Shown piece after piece: positions 37,162-50,409 of a stretch of 64,000 nucleotides of DNA (within the stretch, counting starts at the first letter, position 1; every line of letters starts with the position of its first letter). The translations under genes and the position numbers were made by a program. Below the pieces are notes generated by a model. The model searched no databases. It saw only the letters and a list, made by a program, of their open reading frames with translations, and had not been told where the DNA came from. This DNA is from Camelus ferus (Eukaryota): assembly GCF_009834535.1 (NCBI RefSeq), contig NC_045696.1:68076001-68140000 (forward strand), read 5' to 3'.

Positions 37162-37789
37162 TACTACAGAGGATGATTTGTGTTAAGATAAGGATGAGTC
37201 AGGGGCATAGGAGCCCATAGAAGAGGCACCTAGGTCCTGGGGAGGAGGAAGGCAGAGATTTTTGAAAGAAACAACTGGTAAGATGTGACCCAAAAGAAGA
37301 GCAGGCACTAGTTAGGTGAAGAAGTACAGGACAAGGAGTCGTGCCCCAGGCAAGAGACAGAGCACGAGCAAAGACTGAGAACTGTGTTATCACGGTAGGA
37401 TCAGGGAATTAAAAGTAGTTCATTATGGACTGAGCGTAGAGTGGGGCAGAATAAGAAAAGAGCTTAGGAGGGAAGAGGCAATAAATCTAGCAAAATCTGA
37501 ACCAACGTAGAGAGGGAACACAATTCACAGAAAGGAATAGGGAGAGGCGTTAGGGTGCAGCAGAGAAGCCCGTGATCTGTCCTGGCCCCTGACTTTATCC
37601 AGAAGAAAATGGGAAAGAAGTTTCTGGCATTCTCTAAAATCTTAAGGCAGTCCCTTTTGAAATAAGGGCATAAATAATAGAGATTCCAGTATGAAAAGAC
37701 AACAGAATAACTGAATAACTGGGAAATGGGGAAAATGGGAAAATATTTTAGGAAATTTTCAAAGTACAATAGCAGAATTAACATCCATT

Positions 37790-38330
37790 TGGGGGCAGAA
37801 ATGACCCAGGAAAACTTAGTCAGTGAGATAGAGGATAAACTTGAGAATCTCTCCTAGATTATGGAGAAAAGCCTAAAGAGATTAAAATAAAAGGGAAAAT
37901 GATCTATGTAAATCAGGGGCCAGAGATCCGACCTGAGAATTACTGAAAGTAATGCCTTAGGAAGAAAGCAAGACCTTGATCAGAAACAATCCTTGGTCAG
38001 AAGCACTGACTAGGGCATAAGTAGAGGAAACTTTCCTGAGCTGCAGAGGTTACCTGAGTGTGTAAGTTACAGGTCCACACTGTATTCAAGGCAAAAGCAA
38101 AAAAATAATAAAGACATATCAGGGCGAAATGTTTGTAACACGGAAGTAAAGCAAAACAACAAGGAATCCCGTCAACATCTGGGTGGCAAAAAGAGTACCC
38201 AGCAAGGAATAAAAACCGCGTTAGCCTCAGCTTTTTTGGCCATAATAAAATGTTAAAGATAAATAAAATGAGATTTATATAGATTTGTGGGAGAAGGGTT
38301 TTGACCAGATGAATGTATTTTACTTGTGTG
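37790..38330 (+). mobile_element. Ancient L1 ORF1 / HAL1-like remnant
   Basis: A-rich degenerate sequence with ORF1-like motifs (gagatagaggataaacttgagaatctctcc, gaaactttcctgagctg, aaagacatatc). No intact ORF. Confidence 0.55.
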
Positions 38331-38369
38331 AACAGAAAGACGTCTTAGGTATGAGAAAGAAAATACTCC

Positions 38370-38510
38370 AAGATCTCGCTGCAGCATCGGCATTATCTAG
38401 GAGCTTGTTAGGATGCAGAATCTCCAGCCCACCCCAGACCTACTGAATTAGAATCTGCATTTTAGCCAGATCCCCAGGTAATTCCTATGCATGCTGAGAA
38501 ACACTGGTTT
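38370..38510. mobile_element. MER5A-like hAT MITE fragment
   Basis: gagcttgttaggatgcagaatctccagcccaccccagacctactgaattagaatctgcattt...tgagaaacactg. Confidence 0.8.
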
Positions 38511-39190
38511 AAGACATACGCTATAGACCAAGAACGGAACCAAAGTTAAGAACCCAGGTATGGAGAAGGGATGGTTTAAATGATCGGCAGATGGCTCTGA
38601 ATCGTCAGCAGAGACCTTGCCTCATCAGGAGGTTCCTGAGAAGCACAGTCAAGAACACCTGGGACTGAACAGATGGGACGAAGCATCTGAAACGGCATGG
38701 AAGTTTGGTTGGAAGGTTGGTGCCCTCTCACTGCTGTGTCTGGATCAGAGTTTCCCTTGTATCCCTTTCATTGTGACTTTTTTTTTTTTTATCTCTTTTG
38801 AGACCAATGTTCTCATTAGACACAAGAAATTTCTCTCGCAAGGTCCATCATTCAAGTAAGGCTTATTATTGAGAAAAACAATTATGATTAAAACAATGTT
38901 AAAAAAAATCAAAGTAGCTCTGTCAAAAAAAAATTGGAAGGAAATAGAGCCAGTTTTTAAATAATAAAAATTTTTTTAAAAACATCTTTGTCTTTTTCAA
39001 GATTTTTTGAATGAGCTGATTATTACAGATTTTAAAAATAAATGTTTTCTGGCATCATGAGAATACCTAAGCCAGGAAGCAAATCATAACATATATGTAA
39101 TACTGTCCCTAAGCCTTCCTTTCCAGCGTTTTCTCTCACTGTTCCCTTTCCTGCTTTCTGTTCTAGCAAACCTGCTTCATATTTTGTCAC

Positions 39191-39670
39191 TGTAACCAAG
39201 CAGGACTTGTGGGACCTTCCAGGGTCAGACCCCTCCCCCATATCCTTTGCTGCAGCTCCTCTCTGAAGTACCCAGATAATAGTACCTCAAGTATATTTCC
39301 TGAGTTTTTCAGATGCTAAAACCCACCAAAGGGAAGAAATTAACTACTTGATGATCAGAGAGCATGTGGCCCTCAGACCTTCTGGCGCCTGGGGGTTGAT
39401 AGTGTTGACAGCCCTGTTACCTCAACATCAACCAATCAGAGAACTGTGCACGAGCGGATCCGTACCCTGCAACCCCCTCCCTCCCCTGGCCTTTAAATAT
39501 GCTTTGCTGAACCCCCCCCCCCCCCCCGGGAGGTCGGGGTTTTCCTGGGCATGAGCCACCCCATCCTCCTTGCTCAGCCCTGCAGTAATCCTTTCTCTGC
39601 TCCAAACTCCGACGTTTCGGTTTGTTCAGCCTCATGGTGCTTCTGGCACACAGACTTACCTTCAGTAACA
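39191..39670 (+). mobile_element. ERV1-type solo LTR (480 bp)
   Basis: Starts TGTAAC and ends GTAACA, with 4-bp TSD TCAC (39187-39190 / 39671-39674). CCAAT at 39432-39436 and TATA-like TTTAAATA at 39492-39499. A 4-bp TSD is typical of ERV1. Confidence 0.88.
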
Positions 39671-41519
39671 TCACCTCAGTTTCTTTGCTAACCGGGAAAT
39701 CCTCCTCTGGCAGCCTACCAAAACTGTCTGTGGGGACAAATCCTAGAGTCCTTCAAAGCTGGTTCAGGTGACACCTTCTCTATGAAGACCTCCCTGATAC
39801 TTAAAACCACTGGTATTCTAACCCTTCTTCAAGTCCCTAAGTCTCTTCAGGTCTTTAATACTTTATATATCATATTATGTTATTATTAGTAGTAATAATA
39901 GTTGTAAAATTCTAATGCCCTTGCTGTACTGTGAGCTCTTCAAGGCCTTTTGGAGTTTTGAAAATACCTCAATTGTAGTAAGCATCATTAGGTGATCGTT
40001 AAGTGACAGATTCATCATTTGTCCTAGGATTTGAGGCAGGTCCAGAAGATGGTGGAAACATCATGCCATTTCTTCTCTTTTTACCAGCTGTGTTAACATT
40101 GCTTTGCGTGCGTTTGGTATAGCAACTGAGTGGTTTAAGTATCAATAGCTATTTAGTCTCGGCAAATAGAAAACCCAAGAAAATACTTAAGTGTTTCTTT
40201 TTGAAAAACACCAAAAGAACATGTTGTATCTTTCTTTATTTAGAACAACTTACTATCCTGCCTTGGGCAACTTGCTTCCTGGGCTCCAGAGGAACTGTTT
40301 GCTCTAAAATTAGAAGAAATGAGTTTGGATTAAGAACTCTCTAAGGCCCCTTTCAAATCTAACCTTCTATAATCCTAAAAACGATGGTAAAGCCAAGTTT
40401 GGCTTTTAGGGACTTCAGTTGTTGTGTTCCAAATATTATAATGTCAAAGTGCTGTAACTGTTAATAATGCTTAGTATTTACAAGCATGTGCAATCTGATA
40501 CTTTCTTGGTTCTCACATCATCCTGTCTCTGCTACAGTATTATTTTTTTCTTTCTAGAACAACGTAAAGCCAAAGGCTTCCTCTCTGTTTACCTTCTCAA
40601 GTGGAGGCACGCCTTCTGCAACTATAGCTGTCCTCAGTTAACCTCCTCCTGCCCGCCTGTGCGTGAGTCCCCGTGACTCAGCAATCCCAGCCTCTGAAAG
40701 AGCCTATCGTCATGACAAGCTGTCAACAACTAAGTTTTCTTGCACACTAGTTCTGAGTCAGGCAGGTACCACTTGTTTCACCATGTGTATCTCCAGATCC
40801 AATTAAGTGACCAACTTTTAATTCATTCCATGGACATTTTATTGATAATCTGTTAGGTACATAGTTATACCTTGTAAGCTGTGGATGATACGTAACCATA
40901 ATCTACCATAACACAAATATATAACATTTATTTCCAATTTTGCAATTTATGGGTGGTTTCCACATACATAGGTACCAGATTATCACCCAGAATTTATTAT
41001 CAGTGATTGTTGAGTTGACTTTCAAATGTGTTGCAGTTTAGAAATAGCAAGAGAGGATTGCTTCTGACGCTTTGTCATGGCCAACATAGAACAGAATCCA
41101 GGAGTCAGCTCTCTGCACAGACAGAGATGGAGACATTCTATTTTGATCATTCAACCCTAGGTGATCATTCAGTATATCCATATATCATCTCAACTGCCCA
41201 AGTTCAAATCAGAGTTTTCTTTTTCTGTAAAGTCTTTCTACATCTCCACCTCTCCAGCCAGAAATATCTTCCCTTTTCTGAATACCCCTAGCACTTTTCC
41301 TATACCTCATCTATTATATTTTCATTTTTATTATATTTTAAAACATTTATCACATTTTTCCTTCCTGTTCATATTTTATGCCCTATACTACTCTATGAAT
41401 ACCTACTCTAGACCCACTAAAGCCCAGTCTAAGGAGCACCTGTAATTATAAAAAGCCTCGCGCTTCATATGCGGAGCCAGGGACATCTGCATAAAGGGCA
41501 GAGACCACATGCATAAGTC

Positions 41520-41770
41520 TCATGTCCCTTGAGAGACAGTAGACACAGTGGTTAAGAGCCCAGGCACTGGCATGCTGGACTGCCCAGGTCCACATCCCAG
41601 CTCTGCCACTTACAAGCAAGACACTTAATGACCGTGGACTTAACATGTAAATAAGGATGTAATATAACAGTACCTGCCTCATGGGCTCCTTGTGAGCTTA
41701 AATGAGTCAACATGTATAAGTACTAGGAGTGCCTGGCACGTAGTAGGTGCTATGTGTGTCAGCTGTTACT
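41520..41770 (+). mobile_element. Near full-length MIR
   Basis: cagtggttaagagc...cccagctctgccacttac...aataaggatgtaatataacagtacctgcctcatggg...gtgcctggcacgtagtaggtgct. At least 25 other MIR fragments are visible, e.g. ~5880-5945, 6560-6680, 11060-11270, 17500-17680, 24400-24560, 31380-31530, 44500-44690, 52500-52740, 56480-56600. Confidence 0.85.
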
Positions 41771-42404
41771 GTCCCCAGTGGTAGCCTGTGCCCGGGAGCT
41801 GCTTTCTGATTAAATATAAAAAACCATAAACATATAATTCTATTGATGTGAAGCACAACCACGTGCATAGACTTGTATCACTTATTTATGAGGGGACCTA
41901 GGGGAACTAATGGATTTAGCTTAATAAACGAGACCCCCCTGTGATCCTTACAAAGCATATATACTAGTACATGCATTGTTTTATTGTTATGCTTTGACAA
42001 TTGACCGCTTTCTTCTCTCTGTGGCAGAGTTCATTTATAGGCATGTAATTTTTGTCAGCAAGCAGCAAGCACAGGTCATTTCATTGGCCAAACCACGCCA
42101 TGGGTTGAGAGTCCCCCAGCAGGGGAACTTTCACGGGTCGTTTCCCGGGGACGTGTGTCAAACTGGAATCCTAACAGCAGCCTCAGGTGAGTGAGGTCAG
42201 AGGGTGCACAGGCCAGACCTGAGGACGCTGCAGGCAGGAGATTAGGCTTTATAGTAGCACAGATGAGTGAAGGACTCTGATTTATTTTCACTTTCTCTAC
42301 AACTTGTATATGTTTTGGTTCCCTAACTGCATTTTTCATATGCTATACTTTGTTTAAATATCAGGGAGTAAGGAAACCAAGGGTAGTATCTTCAAGCAAT
42401 AACT

Positions 42405-42906
42405 GGTATTGATCAGGGCACTAATATGTTTACTAAGATGGCCACAATAATCTCTTTGCAATGTGACTCTGCTATCCCTCCCATAAAGAGGTGGAGTCTA
42501 CTTACCCATCCTTTGAATCCAGGCTGGCCTTGTGACTTTGATCAATAGAAGAATACAGAGGAAGTAATATTTTGTAACTTCTGAGCATAGGCCTTGAGAA
42601 GACTTGCAGCTTCTGCTCTTACCCTCTCTTCCTGTGTGTACAACTCAGCTGCAGGTGAAAAAGCCTGAGCTAGCCTGCTAGATGCTGGAGGCACACAGCC
42701 TAGCCAGAAGCTGGCAGCAATCAGCTTCAAGTCAACCTGTCAGTTGACTGTAGCTGCAGGACTGTACCCAAGCAAGGTCATTAGAATGATAGCCAGCTGA
42801 GCCCAGCCCAAATTACTGACCATGAGAATTGTGAGCTAATGAATGATTATTTTAAATCATTTAATTTTTGGACTGGTTTGTTACACAGCAAAGACTGACT
42901 GATACA
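42405..42906 (+). mobile_element. MLT1 (ERVL-MaLR) LTR, MLT1F/G/H-like
   Basis: tttgcaatgtgact...agaggtggagtcta...ttgaatccaggctggccttgtgactt...cccagctgagcccagccc, ending ttgttacacagcaaagactgactgataca. The start is approximate. Confidence 0.8.
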
Positions 42907-45900
42907 CACAGTGCACATCATTGGGGAAAAAAATCTGCCCTTAAGTCCAGAGAAGATATTTGGACTATTGATAAGCCTCCTGAGCCTTTTTAAATGGGTC
43001 TGAGATAAAAGTGGCCATTATAAGGATGTAGGCACAAGATTACCACAGAGAAAAAATATGTAATGGGTGGTTTCGAGGGACAGATTTTTCACTACAGAGG
43101 CACTGACTTTTCGTGAGGATGCAGTAACTACATACTCAGAATTTACAAAGGCTTGGCTTTGGCTCAAAATAATTCAGAATAATTTGTATATTTTGAGTCC
43201 AGTTCATAGTTTACCAAATACTTTTTAACTATAATATCTCTTGTGGTTTGGAATAGAATTTTTTTCACAGCTGATTAGAATCTTAAATTCAGAGGTTTTC
43301 AAACTTGGCATCACCAAGTTAGAAATAATCTGGGCGCTGTAACTCCAAACTTCCTGTTTAACAATTTTAAATGCTGAAGATCCAATTAAGATTTCATTTG
43401 AAGGAAGCGTTTAGTGACTACAGATGTGTGCAATGACACTTACATAGCTCAAACAGCTCATTCACAGACTAAAACTAAAGTGAATGTCCTCACCCCTTCC
43501 AGACTTTTTATATATGAACTCAGACTTTCAGACTTTTTTACCACAGACCCTACAGCTTCACAGTTATCTCCATTTTCCACAGGTGAGGGACCCGGGCTCA
43601 GATACTTGCTTGAGACCAGTCAGACGGGGCCAGCCTCTAACATGAGTTTACTGACTCTAAACCCACATCTTTCACCCTTGCCAGTGATGTTTGGGAACTG
43701 GTAACTCTGTTGAGTTAAAGCTCAACCACAGAAAAACTATACACCATGTGAATATAATTGCCCATTTATGGTCATCATAAACCAAGATTCATGATTAATT
43801 TTTAGCAAGTGAAATAGCTTATGTTTTAACATTCTTGTACAAACCCTTGCACCCAAATATTAGAAAAGCAATGGTTTTCTTTCTTTAGCAACTCACAGAA
43901 AAGGAATGAACTTGCCCTTGTGACCCCAGAGGTATAGAAGTTAGAATCGAAAGTTGGATGTGATAGGAGGTAGATTATAGTTTATATTTTTTAAATGCTT
44001 TTTTTTTTTAACCTAATTGCTGTCATAAAATTGGCACCTTCTGTCCCTAAGGTATGCAGAATCATGCAGATGGAACTCCAGGACTAGTCAGGAGACTGGG
44101 TAATCTGACATCTCAGATTCCTATAAGGAAGTTTATAAAAGCTAAGGCTCTTGGTCTTAAGTGAGGATTACTGTTTTTATTGACTCTGAAAAATCTTGTC
44201 CCCCCAAAAAAGGCCTGTTGTGTCTCTTCTCCAAACACTCAGGAACCCTTTATTCAGGACTCTTTTAGAACATAAAGAACATTTGTTCTAACTAGTTAGC
44301 CTGGCAACTGAAACTCACATGTGCACACTACTGCGCCAAAGATGTAGGGTCTTGAGGGATCTCAAATAACCTTGGCCAAATGTCTTCAGTATTTGGGAGA
44401 CAAGTTTCTACAAGAGGAACAGCCCTCTTGTGGTTTTGTCTATTTCTGTTTTCTTACTCATGCCAAGGTGGGAAGAAGTGAGGTGGGAGTGGGCAGGAAA
44501 GGAAGGAATTTTTATTGATCCCTGAGGGTTTGCCAGGCACTGGACTAGGGGCTTTGCAAAAGTTATCTCCTTTAATCCTCCAGACAACCATAGAGATAGC
44601 TGGTTTTATTCTCCTTCTTTGGCAGACAGGTAAACTGAAGCTCTGGAGAGGTTAACCTGTCTCAGGTCCCGTTGCTAAAAGGGGTCAGCTGGCTCAAAGC
44701 TGCCACTTTTCACCCCAGCAGCCCCACTGGAAGGCTCGGGTAAAAGCAGTTCACTCTTCCCAGGAGTCCCAAAGAATGATTTATCAGTGTTCTGTAGCCA
44801 CTAAATCTGTGTCATCCATGCAAGCCCTCCCACCTCAGGAGGCCTCCGAGGAAGGGGAAAGAGTGTTCTAACTCAGTGGAAAGTGTCTTGGGCTGACCCA
44901 ATGCCCTTCTCTGCTCTGAGCTCCAGTTTGCTCACATTTTAAGTCAAGGATTTGGACTACTTGCTTTCTTAAGCCCTATTTCTAGCTCTTAATCATTTCC
45001 ATGGAATCAAAGAAATTATTACCTGAGTAATGTGTGTTAAGGAATTTCTTTCAATAGCAGAGAATCCCCACCTCTGTGAATTTTATTTTTAAACTCTTTT
45101 TTTCATGTGCAGACTTGGTAAGAGTGGAAGGTGTGAGAGTGGGGACCTGTATTTATTCCCAGGGTGTTTCTAGCATAAGCAGGGACTGAGGGAGAGCTTC
45201 CTCAACACACGAGTGTCACAGACGCCTCCCCGAGGGGGTGTGAGCAGTGCCCCACGCAGCCTTTGCTGAGAAGATAGCAGCCTGCCAGTTGGGGCTGGAG
45301 GTGACAGGGATTGTAGTGGGAGGCAGCTGGAAGAGCATAGCTGTTAGGCGGCACGAGATGCCTTTCTAGCAGTGGACCCCAACTCAGAGTGTGATGTTGG
45401 GTTAGGCGTGGTTCTGCCAGCCCTCTACTTTCTCAGATCTGAAAGGAGGCACTTGGGCTGACAGATGGCTGGGGAACCTAATAAGATGGCCTATGCATGA
45501 CCACACAACTTGACTCGTTGGTTATAGACTTCAGTTCTTTAGAGTTGGATATAAAAATACGTCTTTTGGACCTTTCAGGCTAATAGGTCATCTTGGGCTA
45601 GTCTAGTTCACCTTGTAGACTGTGTGTCTGTGAATAAGCTACATGGTGGATTATCCAATCCAAGATTCCAACCCCAGGAACAGAATAGATTTTGCTCTTT
45701 ATTGAGCAAAATGTATTACTTGAGAATGTGAAAAGAATCAACTGGAAAACTCCTTGAATTAGACAAAAATGGCTCTTCAGGAGACTACCCACTCATCACT
45801 GAGAACGAGATTCACTACCCCTCACAAACAATCAAGCAATTAACTTAGAGTAACAACCTGGACTCAAGGAGACCAGAGAAAGATGCTAACCTCAGCTCTT

Positions 45901-46039
45901 CCCACTAGTGCTCAGCCCAGGTCCCAAGTCTTTCAGCCTGAGAACCTTCAGTGAACAGCCAGCTGAGAGGCATAGCTTGAGAGGACTATAGGTTTCTAAC
46001 ACTTGGAAATCATTTTCATTAAACCCATTGACTAGATTC

Positions 46040-46200
46040 TAGTCCATTCTCCAATCGAATCCAAGAATCCCTTCCAGAGCATCCCTGACAAATGGTTGTT
46101 CCCTCTTTGTTGCATCCTTTCCAGCAACTGGAAATGTAACACTTTAAAGTAGCAGCCAGTCCCACTCTTGTTCAGCAATTAGGCAGCAAAGTACACCGTG
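46040..46200 (-). mobile_element. L3/CR1 remnant
   Basis: agcatccctgacaaatggttgttcc...aaagtagcagcc matches the reverse L3 3' region. Confidence 0.5.
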
Positions 46201-48609
46201 ACAGCAGTCTGTCTGTAACTGAGTAAAGGAAGTCTTTCTATCATTCACTTGTATCAAGCTTTCTAAGGCAGGAACTGTCTCCTTTAGAACTAATCGGGAT
46301 TGTTGGCTGCAAGCAATAGAAATAAACTCTGGTTGTCTCATGTGAAAAGGTACTATATTGAAGTGATATTGGGGCTCACAAAATAAGTGGGAGGCTGAAA
46401 GAATGAGCTTGGGCAACAGGCAGGATCTACAATCAAGATCATATTTCAGGAACAGTTTGGTGCCTGTGTAGGTGCTCTGACTGCCTGACCTGCAAATGTT
46501 TCCTCCATCTATACTCATTCAGTAAAGATTCTAAGTCCTAGTTAAAGCTTAAGGGATGTGGTTTAGACTTGGAGGACTTAAAACAAGCCAGTCTTTCTTC
46601 TATAGGAGTGACTGTAAAGCCTTAGTCACTGAACTCTCTGAGTACGTATACATGGCTTGCTTTTTTGTACCCTAATCATGCCTTATTATTCCTTGTCCAG
46701 ACCAAATGCCCACTGCCTGTCTCTGGTGGAGACACAGTTCTCCTTCTGGAGGGCATTTGAGAAAGGGGAAGAAATGAATTTTGCCGTCAAATCCAGTCGT
46801 ATCTTTCAGCTTGTTAATGGCATGAATAACTTTACACTTCTATTACCTGCACTAAAACACACCAGTATCACTTAATGAACTTTTTAATTGGCTCTTTAAA
46901 ATAGTAGTGCAATCAGGCTCCCCATTTGATTCATGCACGAAAATCTGCAGACAGGATGAAAGGAAAAATGTGAATCACAGTTTAAATAGATGCTTTTCAA
47001 CTACTTTGTCAGACAAACAGATGTATTAATTAGCACATACTTTACAGCATGTTTATACTGAAATGGAGAAAGGAGAACAGAATATCATCTCACCAGAGGC
47101 AATAAGAAAAATTTAGGCCCCATCCCCAGAAACAAAATGGCATCTTGTTTTCTATGAAATGCCTATTTCTGAGAACAATGAATTCAGGGTCTTAGAGTAG
47201 GGCTCTGAGGGCCTGAGCAGGCCAGAGAAATGGTCTCTGGATTTATGGACAAGGAGGTTCTTGTCTGGGACGTAATAAGAAGCAGACCACAGCCTTCATA
47301 ATGCGGGGAAGAGCCTTTTAATGCAGATACGTATGAAGAAATCCAGTAGTCATAGAGCTAAGACATTTTAAAAGATCTTTAGTAACACAATTGTGCTTTT
47401 ATATGTCCAGACTTAAGTATGAGAAGAGTTGGCTGAGGGTAGAGGCAAAATTCTGGGCATACATAATAATACCCTAAGTGTTATTGAGATAATAGAGGTG
47501 ATGGGGTCCCTACCTTACAAGAGATTTGAAGGGATCTCATGGACACAGACATGAATTTAATGTACCATATTTTCTTATTGTGGTGAATTCATATTTTTTA
47601 GCTAAAAGATGAGACAAACACTATTCCTTAAAATGATGGTCATGTGATTCTTTCTGCCTTGAGTTTCGTTGGTAGCCATCCACCACCCACCTTGGCTCAT
47701 TATTTGTAGGTCTGCTGAGTAGACTTTGTGCATGAGAGAAAGAACTATGACTCTTTCCTTTCTTTTTCTCCCCCTACCCCCGACCCCACCTTGCCTAGCA
47801 CATAGAGGATTCTCAGTACATGTGTGCTGAATAAATGAATCATAGAACAGAATCAGGACGACATAGGGCTCCTCGCAGCCCAGGAAGAATTCTTCCAGAT
47901 CATTTTAGGCAAGGCTGTGTGAACTTGCAAGTAAACTCATCTCTCTGAGGCTTTCCTATAAAATGAAGTGGTCAAGCGTTAGCTAGATTGAAGGTGGTCA
48001 TTTTCAATTTACTTGCCTACTGGCTAGTGGACTGAGTTGGGCTCTAGGTTGGGAGGCATTTGGAGGTCATATCTGATCTTAGTCAGAAAGAGGATTGCAA
48101 CTGATTAGCCATGTCTGTCATGGGCATTGGAGTAGCAAGTGGTTGCATGTGTCATCTATCAGCCAGAAGATACATGTATTTAAGATCTCTTAACTGTTAC
48201 ACAAACTGAGGGCTTCAGTGGGAAAATAAGATGGAGATGGACCAAGGAGATAGTCAACTTCTCTGGCTCTTAGACTGGATTCTCTCTTTGGCCAGATTGC
48301 ATACTTCTGGTATAGGCAGGAAAGAAAAGAAATAGGGTATTCTGAAGCTTCTGTGCATTTGATAACCCATATGCCCTGTTCACCTATAGGTTGCTGTATC
48401 TACATTCTTTTATAGAATGAGGAGATAAATGATTTGTAAAAGAACATTAACAGAATGCAAGAGCTATGGAAGAGCTATTGTCTGCCCTTCCATGTTGATA
48501 GCTCCTTACCCTCTAGGCAGTTACCTCAAAAAATCATGCTTATCAGGTATGAAAGTGAGAGTGAGCAGAGGAGGCTGTGGTATGCCTTGGATTCCAGGCT
48601 GATGGATCC

Positions 48610-48780
48610 TGATGTGCTGGTTGATAACCACCTAAGATGCTTGCTTTAGGTATAGCTTCCTGGGTCCTTCCCTAGAACGAATGAATCAAAATCTTGAAAA
48701 TAGAGTTTGAGATGAAAGTTTATGGTTAAAAAATTCCACAATGATTCTAATATGAAGCCAGGATTGGAAAGCACTGTTTT
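48610..48780. mobile_element. MER5B-like fragment
   Basis: gaatcaaaatct...gattctaatatgaagccaggattggaaagcactg. Confidence 0.5.
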
Positions 48781-49190
48781 TGGTGGCTGAATCATAGTCC
48801 AAAAGTGTGTGAAAAGGGTACACCAACAAGACAAAATGTCAGAGACAAAAGTAAATTCCTCAGCTTTACAATAACAAGAAGTGGGGAAACCTAGGCTGAC
48901 AACAGTGTGTGTAACAAATCTTCAGTATTTGGTTTTCTGTGAACTCAGGATGAACTAACTCTGAGACTCCACCTACCAAAATAGCTATGAGTGCATACAA
49001 ATATAATATCCAGAGCAGGGAGATCTCCCTTTCCTATTCTGTACTCTGGGAACACAGCTGGATTTTATTCTTGTTTTAATAGTAGTAGTTGTTGTTTTCA
49101 GTAATATCTAGCAGCAGTAATAATTTTTATGAAGCACTTTATCATTTACAAGCTTTCTGTGCCCAATATTTCATTTATCCTACATAAAAA

Positions 49191-49420
49191 GGAGGAAGAT
49201 AAATTAGGAGTTTGGGATTTACAGATACTAACTACTATATGTAAAATAGATAAACAATAAGGTCCTGCTGTACAGCACAGGGAACAGTATTCAACAGCTT
49301 CTAGTAATCTATACTGAAAAAGAACATGTATAATAAGCATAACTGAATCGCTAGCCTATACACCAGAAACTAACACAACGTTGTAACTCAGCTACACTTC
49401 AATTAAAAAACAAACAAATA
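49191..49420 (+). mobile_element. L1 3' end (older subfamily) whose tail hosts a second L1
   Basis: aaattaggagtttgggatttacagatac...tacaccagaaactaacacaacgttgtaactcagctacacttcaattaaaaaacaaacaaa. Confidence 0.85.
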
Positions 49421-50342
49421 AATGGCCGATAGGCACATGAAAAAATGCTCAATATCTTTAATTATCAGAGAAATGCAAATCAAAACTACAATGAGGTATC
49501 ACCTCACACCAGTCAGAATAGCCATCATTCAAANNNNNNNNNNNNNNNNNNNNNNNNNNNNNNNNNNNNNNNNNNNNNNNNNNNNNNNNNNNNNNNNNNN
49601 NNNNNNNNNNNNNNNNNNNNNNNNNNNNNNNNNNNNNNNNNNNNNNNNNNNNNNNNNNNNNNNNNNNNNNNNNNNNNNNNNNNNNNCACTCCTGGGCATA
49701 TATCCAGAGGGAACCTTAATTCAAAAAGATACATGCACCCCAGTGTTCACAGCAGCACTATTTACAATAGCCAAGACATGGAAACAGCCTAAATGTCCAT
49801 CAACAGATGACTGGAAAAAGAAGATGTGATATATTAATACAATGGAATATGATTCAGCCATAAAAAATAATAAAATAATACCACTTGCAGCAGCATGGAT
49901 GGACCTGGAGAATGTCATTCTAAGTGAAGTAAGCCAGAAAGAGAAAGAAAAATACCATATTATATCACTTATACGTGGAATCTCAAAAGAAAAAAAAAGA
50001 CAAACTAACTTATTTACAAACAGAAAGAGACTCACAGACATAGAATACAAACTTACGGTTACTAGGAGGGGAAAGGGGTGGGAAGGGATAAACTGGGAGT
50101 CCGAGATTTGCAGATACTAACTAGTCTATATAAAATAGATAAACAACAAGTTCATACTGTATAGCACAGGGAACTATGTTCAATGTCTTGTAGTAAATTA
50201 TGGTGAAAAAAATATGAAAACAAATATATGTATGTTCATATATGGCCGAAGCATTGTGCTGTACTGCACACCAAAAATTGACACAACATTGTAAACTGAC
50301 TGTACTTCAATAAAAATAATACACAAAAACCAAACAAACAAA
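49421..50342 (+). mobile_element. 5'-truncated young L1 with ORF2 C-terminal remnant
   Basis: ORF 49422-49829 ([36 protein letters not shown]...LLGIYP...KDTCTPVFTAALFTIAKTWKQPKCPSTDDW) is the L1 ORF2p C-terminus, followed by 3'UTR and an A-rich tail. Contains gap 49534-49686. Confidence 0.95.
49534..49686. other. Assembly gap (153 N) inside L1
   Basis: N run. Confidence 1.
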
Positions 50343-50409
50343 CTTCATGTTGATGAAATACAGCCCATTGGTAGATGCACACCTCAAATCTAGGTCTTTT
50401 ATCTCCCAA

